Source of the DNA: a virus
Reading direction: 5' to 3' (one strand)
IMG/VR virus record: IMGVR_UViG_3300037140_000076
Location: 1-64,000 of that record
DNA length: 64,000 nucleotides
Part shown: positions 46,331 through 56,661 of the stretch, one piece after another
How the letters are laid out: every line of letters starts with the position of its first letter
Position numbering within the stretch: the stretch's first letter is position 1
Translations under genes and position numbers: made by a program
The notes under the pieces: model-generated
Database searches by the model: none
What the model saw: the letters and a program-made list of their open reading frames with translations, nothing else
Told to the model about the DNA's origin: nothing

Positions 46331-47334
46331 ATTACTTTGTTTTGTTTTAAAAATTGTTCTATCGCACCCAACCCCTTAACCTTTGCCAGGTCAGCATAGT
46401 CCTTGATTCCTTCTTTTTCAAACTGTTCTATAGGAAGGTGGAGGGGTTTAAACCCCTTTTCTTCCATTGCAGCCATCTCAGACAGGCCCTTCTCATCCGG
46501 GTCCCACCCCAGGTAATTGTCAGGGAAGTTAAAAAGCAACTTCTTAGCTACTGTATCCAATGCCCCCTCAGACTCATTTTGAGACGCTATAACGGACCTT
46601 AAAAACTTCATGAGGATAATCCTGTCCTTTTGCGCTTTAGCCACAAAACAGAAGGGAGAACCGTATTTAAGGGTATCCATTCCAAACGGGACATCCAGGG
46701 GTATGTTGGTGATCCAGCGGAGGGTTTCGCTCCCTGGAGCATAGATCTTAGTTCTCATCTCCCCTTTATTCATTAGGGTGAGGGCATACCGGTTTTCGTT
46801 GTTTGGGTTAGATACTGGAAAATCGTTTATAAAAAGACGCTTTATAGGATATATTCCTTCTCTTTCTAGTTCTTGCTTGGTAATGTGATATTGTTTCCAG
46901 TAAGCTAGATTAGAATCATTCCATTTATCGGCAGAAAATATGATCCTGGTGTCCTTTTTAAAGGATTTATCAAAGTCCTTTAACTGTTTAATTACTTTTT
47001 TAACTTCAGTAGTTTGTATTCCAGTTACAAGTCCAAAATCTGAAGCTATCTTTTTGATTGCATCAGAAAAAGATAAGTTATATAATTTCTCTACAAATGC
47101 AAAACAATCAAAAGCCCAATCTTTTCTAGCCAGGTCATTATAAATTAATTTACCTGATTTTGAAACGTAGAATCCACATGATGGATTTTTGTCTCTGCGA
47201 AGTTTTGAGCAATAGATTTGTCCAATCTTAAATGGTCCATGATAGTACCCGAAAATTTGTGCTTCGCTGATTTTACTTAAAATAAAATCTCTGTTTATTT
47301 TCTTAGGAGACTCAACTGTTTTAAAATCGAACAT
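46327..47334 (-). CDS. DNA primase (DnaG-like, Toprim)
   Basis: S.LR.DKNPSC..Y, DCF.FV, WDPDEKG (DxD), KDYAD; start set at ATG 47334. Confidence 0.75.
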   Translation of the reverse strand: MFDFKTVESPKKINRDFILSKISEAQIFGYYHGPFKIGQIYCSKLRRDKNPSCGFYVSKSGKLIYNDLARKDWAFDCFAFVEKLYNLSFSDAIKKIASDFGLVTGIQTTEVKKVIKQLKDFDKSFKKDTRIIFSADKWNDSNLAYWKQYHITKQELEREGIYPIKRLFINDFPVSNPNNENRYALTLMNKGEMRTKIYAPGSETLRWITNIPLDVPFGMDTLKYGSPFCFVAKAQKDRIILMKFLRSVIASQNESEGALDTVAKKLLFNFPDNYLGWDPDEKGLSEMAAMEEKGFKPLHLPIEQFEKEGIKDYADLAKVKGLGAIEQFLKQNKVI

Positions 47335-47402
47335 AATGTTGTTTAAAAGAAAAGGTGGGTCTTTCTTTCCCACCCTTCTTATTTATCACACCAATTAAAA
47401 TA

Positions 47403-48038
47403 CTACCAAGGACATTCGTCTTCTGCCGCTACTGCTTTTTCTTTCTCTTTAGATTTGGTTTTGGTACTACCGTTAGATTTAACATCATCTTTCTTAGCAC
47501 CAATTTCCGTATCGTCCGAGTCATTCAAAAGACCGTTTGGTTTATCAGATACTTCGCTAGTAGAATTATTCTTTCTGATAACCCTTTTGTATTCCTTTGA
47601 TCCTGGTTCGAATTCACCAAGTTCGAAGTCTGAATCTTCATCAATGAAGAATCCAGCGTAAGGAAGGCAAGCAAAAACTGTTGTTCCACTTTCATTACCA
47701 CCCACCAAGATAGTCTTAGTAATTGGTTTTGAAGTCAACCATTTTTGAAAATACTCAGTAATTTCTTCGATTGAAGAGAAATTCTTTGTAAGAGGTTTAC
47801 CAAAGAAACCTTCATGAAGATACTGAAGACGACTCATTGTTACTTCTATTCCCTTTTCGGTAGCAAAAGTAAATTTTTCAATGAATGATACACCATCTTC
47901 GTTTTCAAATTTGAAACCGATATAGACGGTTCCTTTTGCAAATTTGTCCTGTTTTACTTCAGTTACTTTCAACCGGTATATACCTGGGTTTAAGTAAGAA
48001 TTGGCTGTTGCGGCCTTAGTTCCTGAAAAATTGTACAT
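47403..48038 (-). CDS. Single-stranded DNA-binding protein (phage SSB)
   Basis: YLNPGIY..KV.EV OB-type start; acidic tail ending DECPW; next to Sak4-like ATPase. Confidence 0.65.
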   Translation of the reverse strand: MYNFSGTKAATANSYLNPGIYRLKVTEVKQDKFAKGTVYIGFKFENEDGVSFIEKFTFATEKGIEVTMSRLQYLHEGFFGKPLTKNFSSIEEITEYFQKWLTSKPITKTILVGGNESGTTVFACLPYAGFFIDEDSDFELGEFEPGSKEYKRVIRKNNSTSEVSDKPNGLLNDSDDTEIGAKKDDVKSNGSTKTKSKEKEKAVAAEDECPW

Positions 48039-48070
48039 GTTTGTGTTTTTTATTTTAAAATTTAAGTAAA

Positions 48071-48751
48071 CTAATTATAATATGAACTTATCGCTTTGGC
48101 TACTAAAAATAAATCATTTGGAATTTTCTGTTCTGCGAACATTCCTTCCGGAGTTTTGACGGTAGACCTGGATTTTCGGGTCCAGAAGAAGTGATTAACC
48201 TGTCCCTCTTCCCCATCCTCCTTATCACAAAGTAATACAGTTGTAAAAAGCCCTTCATAAGTAACCTTCTCTTTTACAAATTTACCCATAGTCTTAGCCT
48301 GGATCTGATCATTGCCTGAAACATCAGTCCCGGTTTCTACATGCTGAAGGATAAATATAATAAGGTCTTTACGTAATGATTTACATAGCTCAACCAGGTC
48401 AATCATATTGATTGCAATAGTATTAAACTTAGCCCAATCTTTTTCATCAATGCGAGAGGTGTAAGTGAATAGAGAGAGATATTGATTATCGTCAATCACA
48501 ATTGCCTTGATTTCTGAACGATTATCACTTACATATTTTAGAACTTTGGCAATAGTCTTTGTGCTCTTAGTCACAAGTAAATTACCCTGGCCGGTCTCCA
48601 TATTAAATTCTGGATACTTTGTTTCGGAACCTGGGAATGGCAGTTCTTTTCCTACTACATTCACAATGAATGTATTTTTGGAGGGGAGATTCTTAACCGA
48701 CCTGGATTTACCAGACGCGCTCTCACCAAGTATTAAACTTACTCTTGCCAT
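48071..48751 (-). CDS. Sak4-like/AAA_24 ATPase
   Basis: LILGESASGKS, VIDD.QY, KT.GK, EG.FT.VL, KTP.GMF, IPNDL. Confidence 0.8.
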   Translation of the reverse strand: MARVSLILGESASGKSRSVKNLPSKNTFIVNVVGKELPFPGSETKYPEFNMETGQGNLLVTKSTKTIAKVLKYVSDNRSEIKAIVIDDNQYLSLFTYTSRIDEKDWAKFNTIAINMIDLVELCKSLRKDLIIFILQHVETGTDVSGNDQIQAKTMGKFVKEKVTYEGLFTTVLLCDKEDGEEGQVNHFFWTRKSRSTVKTPEGMFAEQKIPNDLFLVAKAISSYYN

Positions 48752-48769
48752 TTGTTGATTTATTTAAAG

Positions 48770-48777
48770 CAAATATA
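48770..48777 (-). promoter_or_regulatory. Bacteroidetes -7 promoter box
   Basis: TATATTTG just upstream of the ATPase gene; -33 box weak. Confidence 0.45.
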
Positions 48778-48820
48778 ATAATAATATTTCGAATTCTAAA
48801 ATGTCTTTGTTAAAGAAATG

Positions 48821-49051
48821 TTAATGTCTATGTCCTCCTCTACCCCCGCCTGAATGTATTCTCCTAACCTGAGAACGGTATGAATGACGGTAATAACTAT
48901 CCCCATCATAATAGTGATATGCTTCACGATGACCTCTGTAATAATAGTACCATACCCCCCTTTCATAATAATACCCATCAGGAGGAGGTGTAGTTCTACA
49001 GCTACTTGCTATAGATAGTAAAAAAATAATACTTAATAAAATGTATTTCAT
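48821..49051 (-). CDS. Small lipoprotein, Tyr/Arg/Gly-rich
   Basis: MKYILL...IASSC lipobox. Confidence 0.6.
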   Translation of the reverse strand: MKYILLSIIFLLSIASSCRTTPPPDGYYYERGVWYYYYRGHREAYHYYDGDSYYRHSYRSQVRRIHSGGGRGGHRH

Positions 49052-49067
49052 ATGTGTGTTTTTAGTT

Positions 49068-49343
49068 TTATAAATTATTTGCTATTTTAAATGTATCGTT
49101 TAATATTGCATCTCCATCCATCTCGGTCTGGACCAAATCAAAACGGGCCACAGACAGGGGAATTGATAATATCAGTTCTTCAAAGAACAGGACCCATTCC
49201 CCCGTTTCGACAACTCTTAAAGCTTCTCTTACGGTAAGATAGTCTCCCTTCTTAGGATATTTCAAACCATACCTTTGACGTTCTTCATCAAAGTTATAGT
49301 TACATTTAACCATATCTCCTTTCTCAGGTACTCTGTTTTGCAT
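49068..49343 (-). CDS. Hypothetical protein
   Basis: ATG at 49343; KGD.VKC SH3-like start. Confidence 0.5.
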   Translation of the reverse strand: MQNRVPEKGDMVKCNYNFDEERQRYGLKYPKKGDYLTVREALRVVETGEWVLFFEELILSIPLSVARFDLVQTEMDGDAILNDTFKIANNL

Positions 49344-49599
49344 CGTTTTTGTTTTGTGGATACAATATAAGCTCATCTTCATAACAGGCAATGATTATGC
49401 TTTTTTCAGTTATTACATAGCATCCTCCTATTTCAAAAATTTCAATATCTTCTTCACCCTCTTTTATTTCTTTTACAACAAGAGCAATAGCTGCCTTTAT
49501 TTCAGGATCAACCCTTCCTATTGTTTTGAGTTCTGCCACAACATTGTCCTCAATCCTGCAAGAAATAATTATAATATCTTTATCTGATTTCATTATCAC
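49324..49599 (-). CDS. Hypothetical protein
   Basis: Coupled ORF. Confidence 0.45.
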   Translation of the reverse strand: MIMKSDKDIIIISCRIEDNVVAELKTIGRVDPEIKAAIALVVKEIKEGEEDIEIFEIGGCYVITEKSIIIACYEDELILYPQNKNDAKQST

Positions 49600-50750
49600 A
49601 TTTTTATTCCTTTCAAAGCTAATTCGAGTTGGGGATTTGAAAAATACTCTGAAAACTCAAAAAGATCTCTTCTAGTTTCAAAGTTTGTATATCTGTTTTT
49701 CTTTCTATCAAAACGAAACCTAAGTTCCATTGGAACTCCAACTAATTTTTGTTTTTTAATCTTCTGAGAAGTAAATATTACTTGATCATCAATTTTATCT
49801 TTTGCGTATACTGGTCTCTGAATTGATAATATATTATCCGTTCCATCTCCCCAGGTTCCCCCTCCCTTGATAGTATAATAACTTGGTTTAGGAAAGTAAC
49901 CGTTATCCTGCATCCTTGGTGTCAATTGGTGCATTACAAGATGTAAGGAGATATTAGTTTGTCGAGCAAAGTCAGTACACAACGTTGTAACATATCCTGC
50001 ATATTTATCATCGGCATTCATGAATTCCTTGGGCCTGTTAATCTTTATTATTGGATCTATAACACAAACCGTTACTTCTTCCGTCTCAATTAACTTTTCA
50101 AATTCCTTTAATACATTTATTAAAGTGTTTTCTGGAGGACGAATATAAACAAAATAAAAATAGTCCTTAATTGAATTATATATTCGTCTGTATGTTGATT
50201 CCTTAATACATCCCAGGGGGTTATATTTATCCGTTGATCTCCCGGAAGCTGTATGAATTAAATCATCAAAGAATTCTTTAGCCGGAAAATCCTCCGGAGC
50301 ATAAAACGCAACTCTTGTCTTCTCCACAATACACTTTACAAGGCAAAGAAACCGCAAGAATTGAGATTTACCTTCATTAGTATAACCGGTCCATATATTA
50401 AATTCTCCGCGTCTCCAGGTCCAGGCTTCATCCAAACCTTTAATATATGTTGGGGTTCCTTTCTCTTTACCTTTTTTAAGATCAGAGATCATATCCTCAA
50501 TACAATCTTCCATCTTAAGAACACTAAAAAGCTCTCTCTTAGCAATATCCATACCAAGCTTGACCTGTTCTCTTTGGTATTTATCTACAATTGTCTCGTA
50601 AGAAAAGCCTTTTACAAGAGCTTTAAATACTCTTTTGTAATCAATAAATTCAGCATTAGGGAACTCATCAGAAAATTGTCTGCACTGTGCTATAATATAA
50701 GGAGATGAGTTTTCTGCTAATTCAATAAATTCTATGAATTCTTTGATCAT
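49596..50750 (-). CDS. SF4 replicative helicase (DnaB/Twinkle-like)
   Basis: IWTGYTNEGKS, VIDP, HLVMHQ, IKGGG.W....DN...I.R; start set at ATG 50750. Confidence 0.85.
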   Translation of the reverse strand: MIKEFIEFIELAENSSPYIIAQCRQFSDEFPNAEFIDYKRVFKALVKGFSYETIVDKYQREQVKLGMDIAKRELFSVLKMEDCIEDMISDLKKGKEKGTPTYIKGLDEAWTWRRGEFNIWTGYTNEGKSQFLRFLCLVKCIVEKTRVAFYAPEDFPAKEFFDDLIHTASGRSTDKYNPLGCIKESTYRRIYNSIKDYFYFVYIRPPENTLINVLKEFEKLIETEEVTVCVIDPIIKINRPKEFMNADDKYAGYVTTLCTDFARQTNISLHLVMHQLTPRMQDNGYFPKPSYYTIKGGGTWGDGTDNILSIQRPVYAKDKIDDQVIFTSQKIKKQKLVGVPMELRFRFDRKKNRYTNFETRRDLFEFSEYFSNPQLELALKGIKM

Positions 50751-50754
50751 TATA

Positions 50755-51375
50755 TTAAAATAAATCTTTCTTCTTAATAACCTTAGTTCCCACTTCCTCA
50801 AGTTCTTTATTTTGCTGATCTACTTTTTTATCAACAAATGTCTTTGACCACTTCTTATCATTTTCAAGCCAGGTTCTTAATCTTCTAGTTACATCAAATA
50901 TTTTCTCAGTTTCAAATCTTAATTTTTTTCCTCCTGGATTCTTTTCTGTCCAATAATCATAAAATTCCGTACACATTTCTTTTTGATAACCTTTCTCTTT
51001 TCCAACCTGACGAATAGATTGCCAGAATTCTGATTTACGAGTTTCGATTGGTATAGGTTCGGTTTTAATTTTAACTCCAGGATCTTCAGTTACACCGTCT
51101 CTAAGTACTGAAATATAAGTTAATAATCTTTCTTCTGTTTTTTGAAACATTTGTTCACTATCTAAACCCATCTGAAGAGATCTGATAGAAATACCCATAT
51201 CAAGAGCACCTATTATATCCAGATATACAGATTCTGTTTTAAGAAACACAGACCCATGAAGATCTAACTGATCATTAATCTTTTTTAAGAAGAATAAAAT
51301 AGTTTCATTTGATCCCGAAGCTGTGTTTTTATAACCGCGAGATGACATTATTTGAATTGCTTCTTTTGATTCCAT
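50755..51375 (-). CDS. Putative replication initiator/helicase-loader-like protein
   Basis: C-terminal EFYDYWTE.N..GKK.RFE.EK.FD..RRL.TW; directly upstream of the helicase. Confidence 0.5.
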   Translation of the reverse strand: MESKEAIQIMSSRGYKNTASGSNETILFFLKKINDQLDLHGSVFLKTESVYLDIIGALDMGISIRSLQMGLDSEQMFQKTEERLLTYISVLRDGVTEDPGVKIKTEPIPIETRKSEFWQSIRQVGKEKGYQKEMCTEFYDYWTEKNPGGKKLRFETEKIFDVTRRLRTWLENDKKWSKTFVDKKVDQQNKELEEVGTKVIKKKDLF

Positions 51376-51376
51376 A

Positions 51377-51661
51377 TTAATTTAATTGTGGGTCTTTAGG
51401 TAAATCAATAAATTTAACAGAACGTAATCCTCTTAATTCCCGGTCCAGCTTAGTAAACTCTTTTATTTGATCAAGACATTTAGAAGCATGAACGCCTTTA
51501 AGTTGAGGAATAAGTTCCTTCAAACGATTAAACTTTTCAAGATCTTCCTTTGTTTTAATGAAGTCAATATAGTCTTCATTATATTCTGCAATATAAAAGT
51601 CACTCATACTACGTGCGTTTTTAATTCTTTTTAAAGATACTTTTGGGGGTCGTCCTTTCAC
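51377..51661 (-). CDS. Hypothetical protein
   Basis: Coupled ORF. Confidence 0.5.
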   Translation of the reverse strand: MKGRPPKVSLKRIKNARSMSDFYIAEYNEDYIDFIKTKEDLEKFNRLKELIPQLKGVHASKCLDQIKEFTKLDRELRGLRSVKFIDLPKDPQLN

Positions 51662-52824
51662 AGTTTCAATATTTTTAAATCTATATTTGATATATTTCCT
51701 GTTGCTTTTTCAATCCACCCCTTTACTACCGTTGCTTTCCAAGTTGGAGGAGTAACTGTCGTATTGGGTCTTGGATTCTTGATTGGAGACGTTTTAAGAT
51801 ACCAGGGAACCATAAATATTACCTGGGCCACTTCATCAATTCCCAAACGTTTCATTCTACCTGCCTTCTGTTCAAATTTTGTAGTAGATCCTGACATTGA
51901 TTCGAAAATTGCTATTTCTGCCTTTTTAAGATTAATACCTCTCTGTATTTTACTTACAACGGACAGAGCATTTATCTCACCGTTTTGAAATTTAGTAAGA
52001 TTATCTTCTCCCTCATTCTTTCCGTGAAAAGAATATTTACAACACCGATTAGCCTGTTCTGTAAGTTCACAAAATATAACAACTCGATTGTTTTTATCTC
52101 TTTGATAAATGAAATTCAGAATTTTTCTACAATTAAGATAAGAACTTTCAAGTGCATTTAAAAAATGTTTTCGTTTTCTTAACCAAAACCGCATATCAGG
52201 ATCTTCAAATCCAACTTCCGCTCTCATAAGAGATGAGATCTTCTTAGTCAAACTCTCATAAACTTTGGATTCCGCTTCACTCATCTTAAAGTTATAAACA
52301 TAATATTCTGTTCGGTTTACTACTCCTTTATCCTCAGCATCATCCATAGAAAGCTTAAAGACAATAGGAGCAATGACTACCAGGATCTTTTTCTTTTCCG
52401 GAGTTAAAGTTCCTGAAGCTAAAATTATATACTTCCAACTATTATTTTGAAAGAACTTTACATAAGAGGGGGTTAGGGCATAATCAACTTCATCCCCAAT
52501 AACCAAATCAAACTCTATACCGGTCCATTTGTATGTCGTCTGATAACATTGTAGACTTACTGCGTCTTTGAATTCAGGTGTACCCCACTTCTCCAATTCA
52601 GCCGGGAATCCGTCTTTTTCAGAGTCCCTGAGCCTTCTGTTATCACAAAGATATAAAACATTTTTGATTTTACCAGCATTGAAGAGTTCCAGGGCTAAGT
52701 CAATGAATATCTTGCCTTTACCCGATCCAACGGTGGAAAGGAAGGAAGCGTTATAATTTGCTTTTCTGACGGCAATTTTACATTCTTCTTGATTCTTTAT
52801 CCTAGCTTCCAGTGCTTTATCCAT
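51658..52824 (-). CDS. SF2 helicase
   Basis: TVGSGKG, IGDEVD, ASGT, VIFC, RGINL, Q..GR..R. Confidence 0.85.
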   Translation of the reverse strand: MDKALEARIKNQEECKIAVRKANYNASFLSTVGSGKGKIFIDLALELFNAGKIKNVLYLCDNRRLRDSEKDGFPAELEKWGTPEFKDAVSLQCYQTTYKWTGIEFDLVIGDEVDYALTPSYVKFFQNNSWKYIILASGTLTPEKKKILVVIAPIVFKLSMDDAEDKGVVNRTEYYVYNFKMSEAESKVYESLTKKISSLMRAEVGFEDPDMRFWLRKRKHFLNALESSYLNCRKILNFIYQRDKNNRVVIFCELTEQANRCCKYSFHGKNEGEDNLTKFQNGEINALSVVSKIQRGINLKKAEIAIFESMSGSTTKFEQKAGRMKRLGIDEVAQVIFMVPWYLKTSPIKNPRPNTTVTPPTWKATVVKGWIEKATGNISNIDLKILKL

Positions 52825-54788
52825 TAGAACAATTTTAAATTCTGTGAATGTGGATCAATCGCGTCTATAATTTTTCTACAAGATTGAGTATAATATTTAT
52901 AATTTATGTTATATTCCTCCATTGGTTTATCCTGGAATATATTAAAGTAAGTTGTGTTCCACCCCTTCTCAATCTCTACAGTTCTTCCAGCAAGCTTGGC
53001 TTCCATCTTATACTGCTTTTTAAGAGATTTAAATTCTTTGGATACATAATACCGAACTACGGTTTCGTTTATAATATCTTTTTCAATCGTGTTGGTTTCA
53101 AAATCTACGTAATGTTCTACAAGATTAAAATCCTTTTTAACTTTCACCCCTCCACAGAAATCATAAATGTCCTTGCAGCTTTTTATGTAATCCTGAATAG
53201 GAACGTTGTTAACATAGAATGCTTCCAGGGCTTTGGGTATAACCAGGAAGGAGGGGTTCTTATGATATTCAAGTTCCTTGTCTTCCGGCTTCATTGAATA
53301 TGCAAAGAGGCCCTTTCTCTTTACTTTTCCTTTTTCATCAACAGCAAGATAGTTATTAACGTCCATAATAACAATCTTTTTATACATCTTATCTTCCAAA
53401 GCAAGTTTTGTATACACTTCCCACTTCTTCATACAGTCCTTAACGTTCTGTTCTTGTTCAACCGGATAACCAATCGTAACTCCATCTGTATTTATCTGGT
53501 AAAAAACAACTCCTTTTACTTTTATGCTTAATACTTCAGCAAGCATCAAAAGAAGAAGCTGACCATTAACAGTAATTGCAAACGTGTACTTCGGGTCATG
53601 TAAGTAATTATTAGGTTCCTTACTAAGCCCATAAGTTGCGTTAAGAATAATCTTAAATACCAAATTCTCAGGGTCTTCTTTTGGAATCTCCTGGCGCATC
53701 TTAAAAAGATTTTCATAAACGTCACAAAAGACCTCTGAAAGATGTTCGGGATATAATCTGTTTTTAATACCCAAGTTGGGATAGAAGGAAGTTACATCAA
53801 TATCTTTAATCTTCCAGGTCTCTGTGCTGTTGTATACCCCAGGCTTTGTACATCCATGTATACCGCCCAGGCCAGTAACTACTTCCTGGAGGTTGTGAAA
53901 CTTGAATTCCTTTTTTACCTTCTTTAATTGCATATTGTTCTCTTCGAACTTGTATGGATTAAATTCCAGGTCCTCATAAAACTTTTTAACTGCGTTGAGG
54001 ATGGGGTCCCTAAACTTAATATAGTCGAATAGGACATCTATTGTAGCAATCCTGCTGCGATATGTACGTTTCTCCTTCAAGTCCTTATAACGTATTCTCA
54101 TTGCTTCAGAAAGGAACTTTCCAAAGATGTCACGGGCCATGCGTGGCTCTGAAGCATTCATAAGATTTAGTTCATACTTTTCTGAGAGCTTAAATCTTAA
54201 ATCAGTTTCAAATTTGTTAAGTTCAAATAATCTATGAGTTGCATGAACATCGTTTGCATCGTATATAACAATCTGAGTTACCTGTTCCTGAGAAGTTATT
54301 TCTTCAGAGTGATGGATCGGCATTGATTCAATGTTTGGAAATCTCATTGTGAATTCCAACCACTTTAATGAACAACGTTTGCCCATTCCATCATAATGCT
54401 TCTGCTTATATATGTCAATGTGAGGGATGGTAAATTTCCATTCCGGGATAAGGTTCATCCATTTCTCTTCTCCTTCTTCAAGACCTATTATCCATTGAGC
54501 TTTTTCATGAAGTCTCCGGGCAATATCTTCTCCAGACCAGGATCTCAATTTTTTAAAATTGAACATCATGTATTCAAGTATCTGGCAGTCAAATCCGTTA
54601 CAATTGAATCCAACCAGGATATAATAATGGTCCTTTAGCTTCCTTAAGAACTTCATCATCTCAAAGAAGTCATTCTGGAAGGGACTTATTACAAAATACT
54701 TTTCCTTCTTCGTGGTCCAATCCATGAAGTACGCTGTGAAACAGTTTGCAAGAGTTTCTAAATCATATATGGTATAGCGTTCTTCCAT
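52824..54788 (-). CDS. Family B DNA polymerase
   Basis: YDLET, GFN...FD (exonuclease); DIDVTSFYP, KIILNATYG, QINTDG, NNY...KRKG. Confidence 0.92.
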   Translation of the reverse strand: MEERYTIYDLETLANCFTAYFMDWTTKKEKYFVISPFQNDFFEMMKFLRKLKDHYYILVGFNCNGFDCQILEYMMFNFKKLRSWSGEDIARRLHEKAQWIIGLEEGEEKWMNLIPEWKFTIPHIDIYKQKHYDGMGKRCSLKWLEFTMRFPNIESMPIHHSEEITSQEQVTQIVIYDANDVHATHRLFELNKFETDLRFKLSEKYELNLMNASEPRMARDIFGKFLSEAMRIRYKDLKEKRTYRSRIATIDVLFDYIKFRDPILNAVKKFYEDLEFNPYKFEENNMQLKKVKKEFKFHNLQEVVTGLGGIHGCTKPGVYNSTETWKIKDIDVTSFYPNLGIKNRLYPEHLSEVFCDVYENLFKMRQEIPKEDPENLVFKIILNATYGLSKEPNNYLHDPKYTFAITVNGQLLLLMLAEVLSIKVKGVVFYQINTDGVTIGYPVEQEQNVKDCMKKWEVYTKLALEDKMYKKIVIMDVNNYLAVDEKGKVKRKGLFAYSMKPEDKELEYHKNPSFLVIPKALEAFYVNNVPIQDYIKSCKDIYDFCGGVKVKKDFNLVEHYVDFETNTIEKDIINETVVRYYVSKEFKSLKKQYKMEAKLAGRTVEIEKGWNTTYFNIFQDKPMEEYNINYKYYTQSCRKIIDAIDPHSQNLKLF

Positions 54789-54994
54789 TAAATTTCACTT
54801 ATTTTTACTTTTATAGATATAGAAAAGTTAAAAAGAATTAAAAGACCATTAGTGAATCTTCCCGTTCCTGGGCCAATCCCCATCCATTTATATTCGTGGT
54901 TTTCTCTTGCATATAATAAAATCAATTGTCCATCCGTAGATGAAGGAGAAATTTCTGCACCCGAATTAAATTCATAAACTTCTTTAATTTTCAT
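54788..54994 (-). CDS. Hypothetical protein
   Basis: ATG at 54994; the longer track ORF overlaps a separate upstream gene. Confidence 0.45.
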   Translation of the reverse strand: MKIKEVYEFNSGAEISPSSTDGQLILLYARENHEYKWMGIGPGTGRFTNGLLILFNFSISIKVKISEI

Positions 54995-54995
54995 A

Positions 54996-55160
54996 TTATT
55001 TATTTTTACGATTAAAATAAAAAGCCAATACCGAGACCCAGGAAAAGAATACAAAAAAGAAATTGAAAAGCAGTCCATCCTCTTCCGTTTCTTCATTAAG
55101 ATATAATGTTCCAGCATATAAACCTCCTAAGATATATAAAAAAAATAATACTTGTTCCAT
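54996..55160 (-). CDS. Small membrane protein (54 aa, not in track)
   Basis: MEQVLFFLYILGGLYAG...FFFVFFSWVSVLAFYFNRKNK; fills the gap between neighbours. Confidence 0.55.
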   Translation of the reverse strand: MEQVLFFLYILGGLYAGTLYLNEETEEDGLLFNFFFVFFSWVSVLAFYFNRKNK

Positions 55161-55161
55161 A

Positions 55162-56178
55162 TTATCTATTTAAAAAGTCTTGTATTGGTGCGCTTAATTC
55201 ACTATCTTCTAAAAGATCGGCATATTTCATTTTAGCATCTGCTCTTTTTTCTGCAAATCTATTCCTTGCTCCTTTCCCTAACCAGCTTTCAATTTCTCCT
55301 CTAATTAATTCTTCAGCTTTTTTAGGAGTAGTAACAATTGCATTGGCTTCGCATTTTTTTTCTCCTATAGTCCTTAAATAAGTTTTAACATAAGGAAGTC
55401 TATTATTTCTATGGAGAGGGGATGCTAAATTCTTACCTGATCCGGTAATTAGGTTGTCTATCCAAGTATATTTATTTTTTATGATAAAATCATAATTTAA
55501 TCCAAATCTTTTAATTTCCAAATTAGCCGGATCATATCCTGTTTCTCCATCTCCCCAATTAACTTCACTAACTTGTTCAAGGTTATTACGAAGCGTATCA
55601 CTTATACGCAATCCGTCCGGATCATGATCACCACAATATAAAAGTACACAAGTTAATCCTTTATATTCGGCTTCTTTAAATCTCCTGGCATATTCTGCAC
55701 GTTGCAGGATAGAACTCCATCCCTTTGCATTCGCTACAGGAATATGATACTGAGCACAAATAGGTTCAAATAGAGTTTTTAAATCTATTTTTTCAACAAG
55801 CATTTGTATATAATATTCTTCTCCCTCCCACCAATCAGGAGTATAATATCTATCACCTGTTAAGACATCGTTTAACATCCATGCAAGGATGTCTTCCATA
55901 CTTTTTCCGTCTTCAGAAGACGGTATCTCAACACCTGTAAACGCTCTGGCATCTTCTTCAGCTACAAAGTCAACAGGAAGTAATCCTTCCTTTCTACAGC
56001 GATTAACTGCTGAATCTACTTTGTCAAACTGGTCCTTATTTATATGACCCGCTTGTTCCATAAGATAACACCATCCCCTGGATGATACTTTAAACCCGAT
56101 TTTATAGCTCATCTCCTGAAGTAGATCCGCAAATTCTTGTAGAGTTTTTTTGGTAAACTTTTTATTAAAGTCAAACAT
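55162..56178 (-). CDS. Toprim-domain protein related to topoisomerase VI subunit A/Spo11
   Basis: SSRGWCY (wHTH Tyr), RCRKEGLLP, LVEK..L, KGWSS, LYCGDHDPDGL.I, CEANA. Confidence 0.7.
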   Translation of the reverse strand: MFDFNKKFTKKTLQEFADLLQEMSYKIGFKVSSRGWCYLMEQAGHINKDQFDKVDSAVNRCRKEGLLPVDFVAEEDARAFTGVEIPSSEDGKSMEDILAWMLNDVLTGDRYYTPDWWEGEEYYIQMLVEKIDLKTLFEPICAQYHIPVANAKGWSSILQRAEYARRFKEAEYKGLTCVLLYCGDHDPDGLRISDTLRNNLEQVSEVNWGDGETGYDPANLEIKRFGLNYDFIIKNKYTWIDNLITGSGKNLASPLHRNNRLPYVKTYLRTIGEKKCEANAIVTTPKKAEELIRGEIESWLGKGARNRFAEKRADAKMKYADLLEDSELSAPIQDFLNR

Positions 56179-56181
56179 GAT

Positions 56182-56376
56182 TTATTTTTTATTTAATAAT
56201 AAACTAATTCCTGCAAGACAGAAAATCATTCCTGTAATAATTTTTAAGTTAAACCAGTAATGAATTATTGGTACATAATAAGGCTCGGTTGTGAACTCAA
56301 GTATAATAAGTATAGGACCTAAAAAGAACAGAACAATAAGAAATATAAGTGCTGCTTTAGTTTTGATTTGTTTCAT
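56182..56376 (-). CDS. Small membrane protein
   Basis: Two TM helices. Confidence 0.55.
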   Translation of the reverse strand: MKQIKTKAALIFLIVLFFLGPILIILEFTTEPYYVPIIHYWFNLKIITGMIFCLAGISLLLNKK

Positions 56377-56522
56377 TCTGTTGGCTTTTTAGATATGTAA
56401 ATTCCAACAAACAACCATTCAATCTCCAAAGACTTGCTGTGGAAGTTTGCGTTTATAGCGGGGATGAATGCCCAGAAGTATGGATTAAAATCTACATCTA
56501 TAATAAATGATATTCTTTTCAT
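56373..56522 (-). CDS. Small hypothetical protein (49 aa, not in track)
   Basis: ATGA overlap with next gene. Confidence 0.45.
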   Translation of the reverse strand: MKRISFIIDVDFNPYFWAFIPAINANFHSKSLEIEWLFVGIYISKKPTE

Positions 56523-56523
56523 A

Positions 56524-56661
56524 CTAATAATTTAATGAGGGTCTGGGTCCAATCGCATCATGATTTATATATGCATTCACTATCAAGCAAATAACAAGAC
56601 TTGCAACTATCCCAAAAAAGATCCATCCCCAAAGCTTTTGTTCTTTATTTAGGTTTGCCAT
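56524..56661 (-). CDS. Small membrane protein (45 aa, not in track)
   Basis: MANLNKEQKLWGWIFFGIVASLVICLIV...; TAG stop 1 nt before the next ATG. Confidence 0.5.
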   Translation of the reverse strand: MANLNKEQKLWGWIFFGIVASLVICLIVNAYINHDAIGPRPSLNY

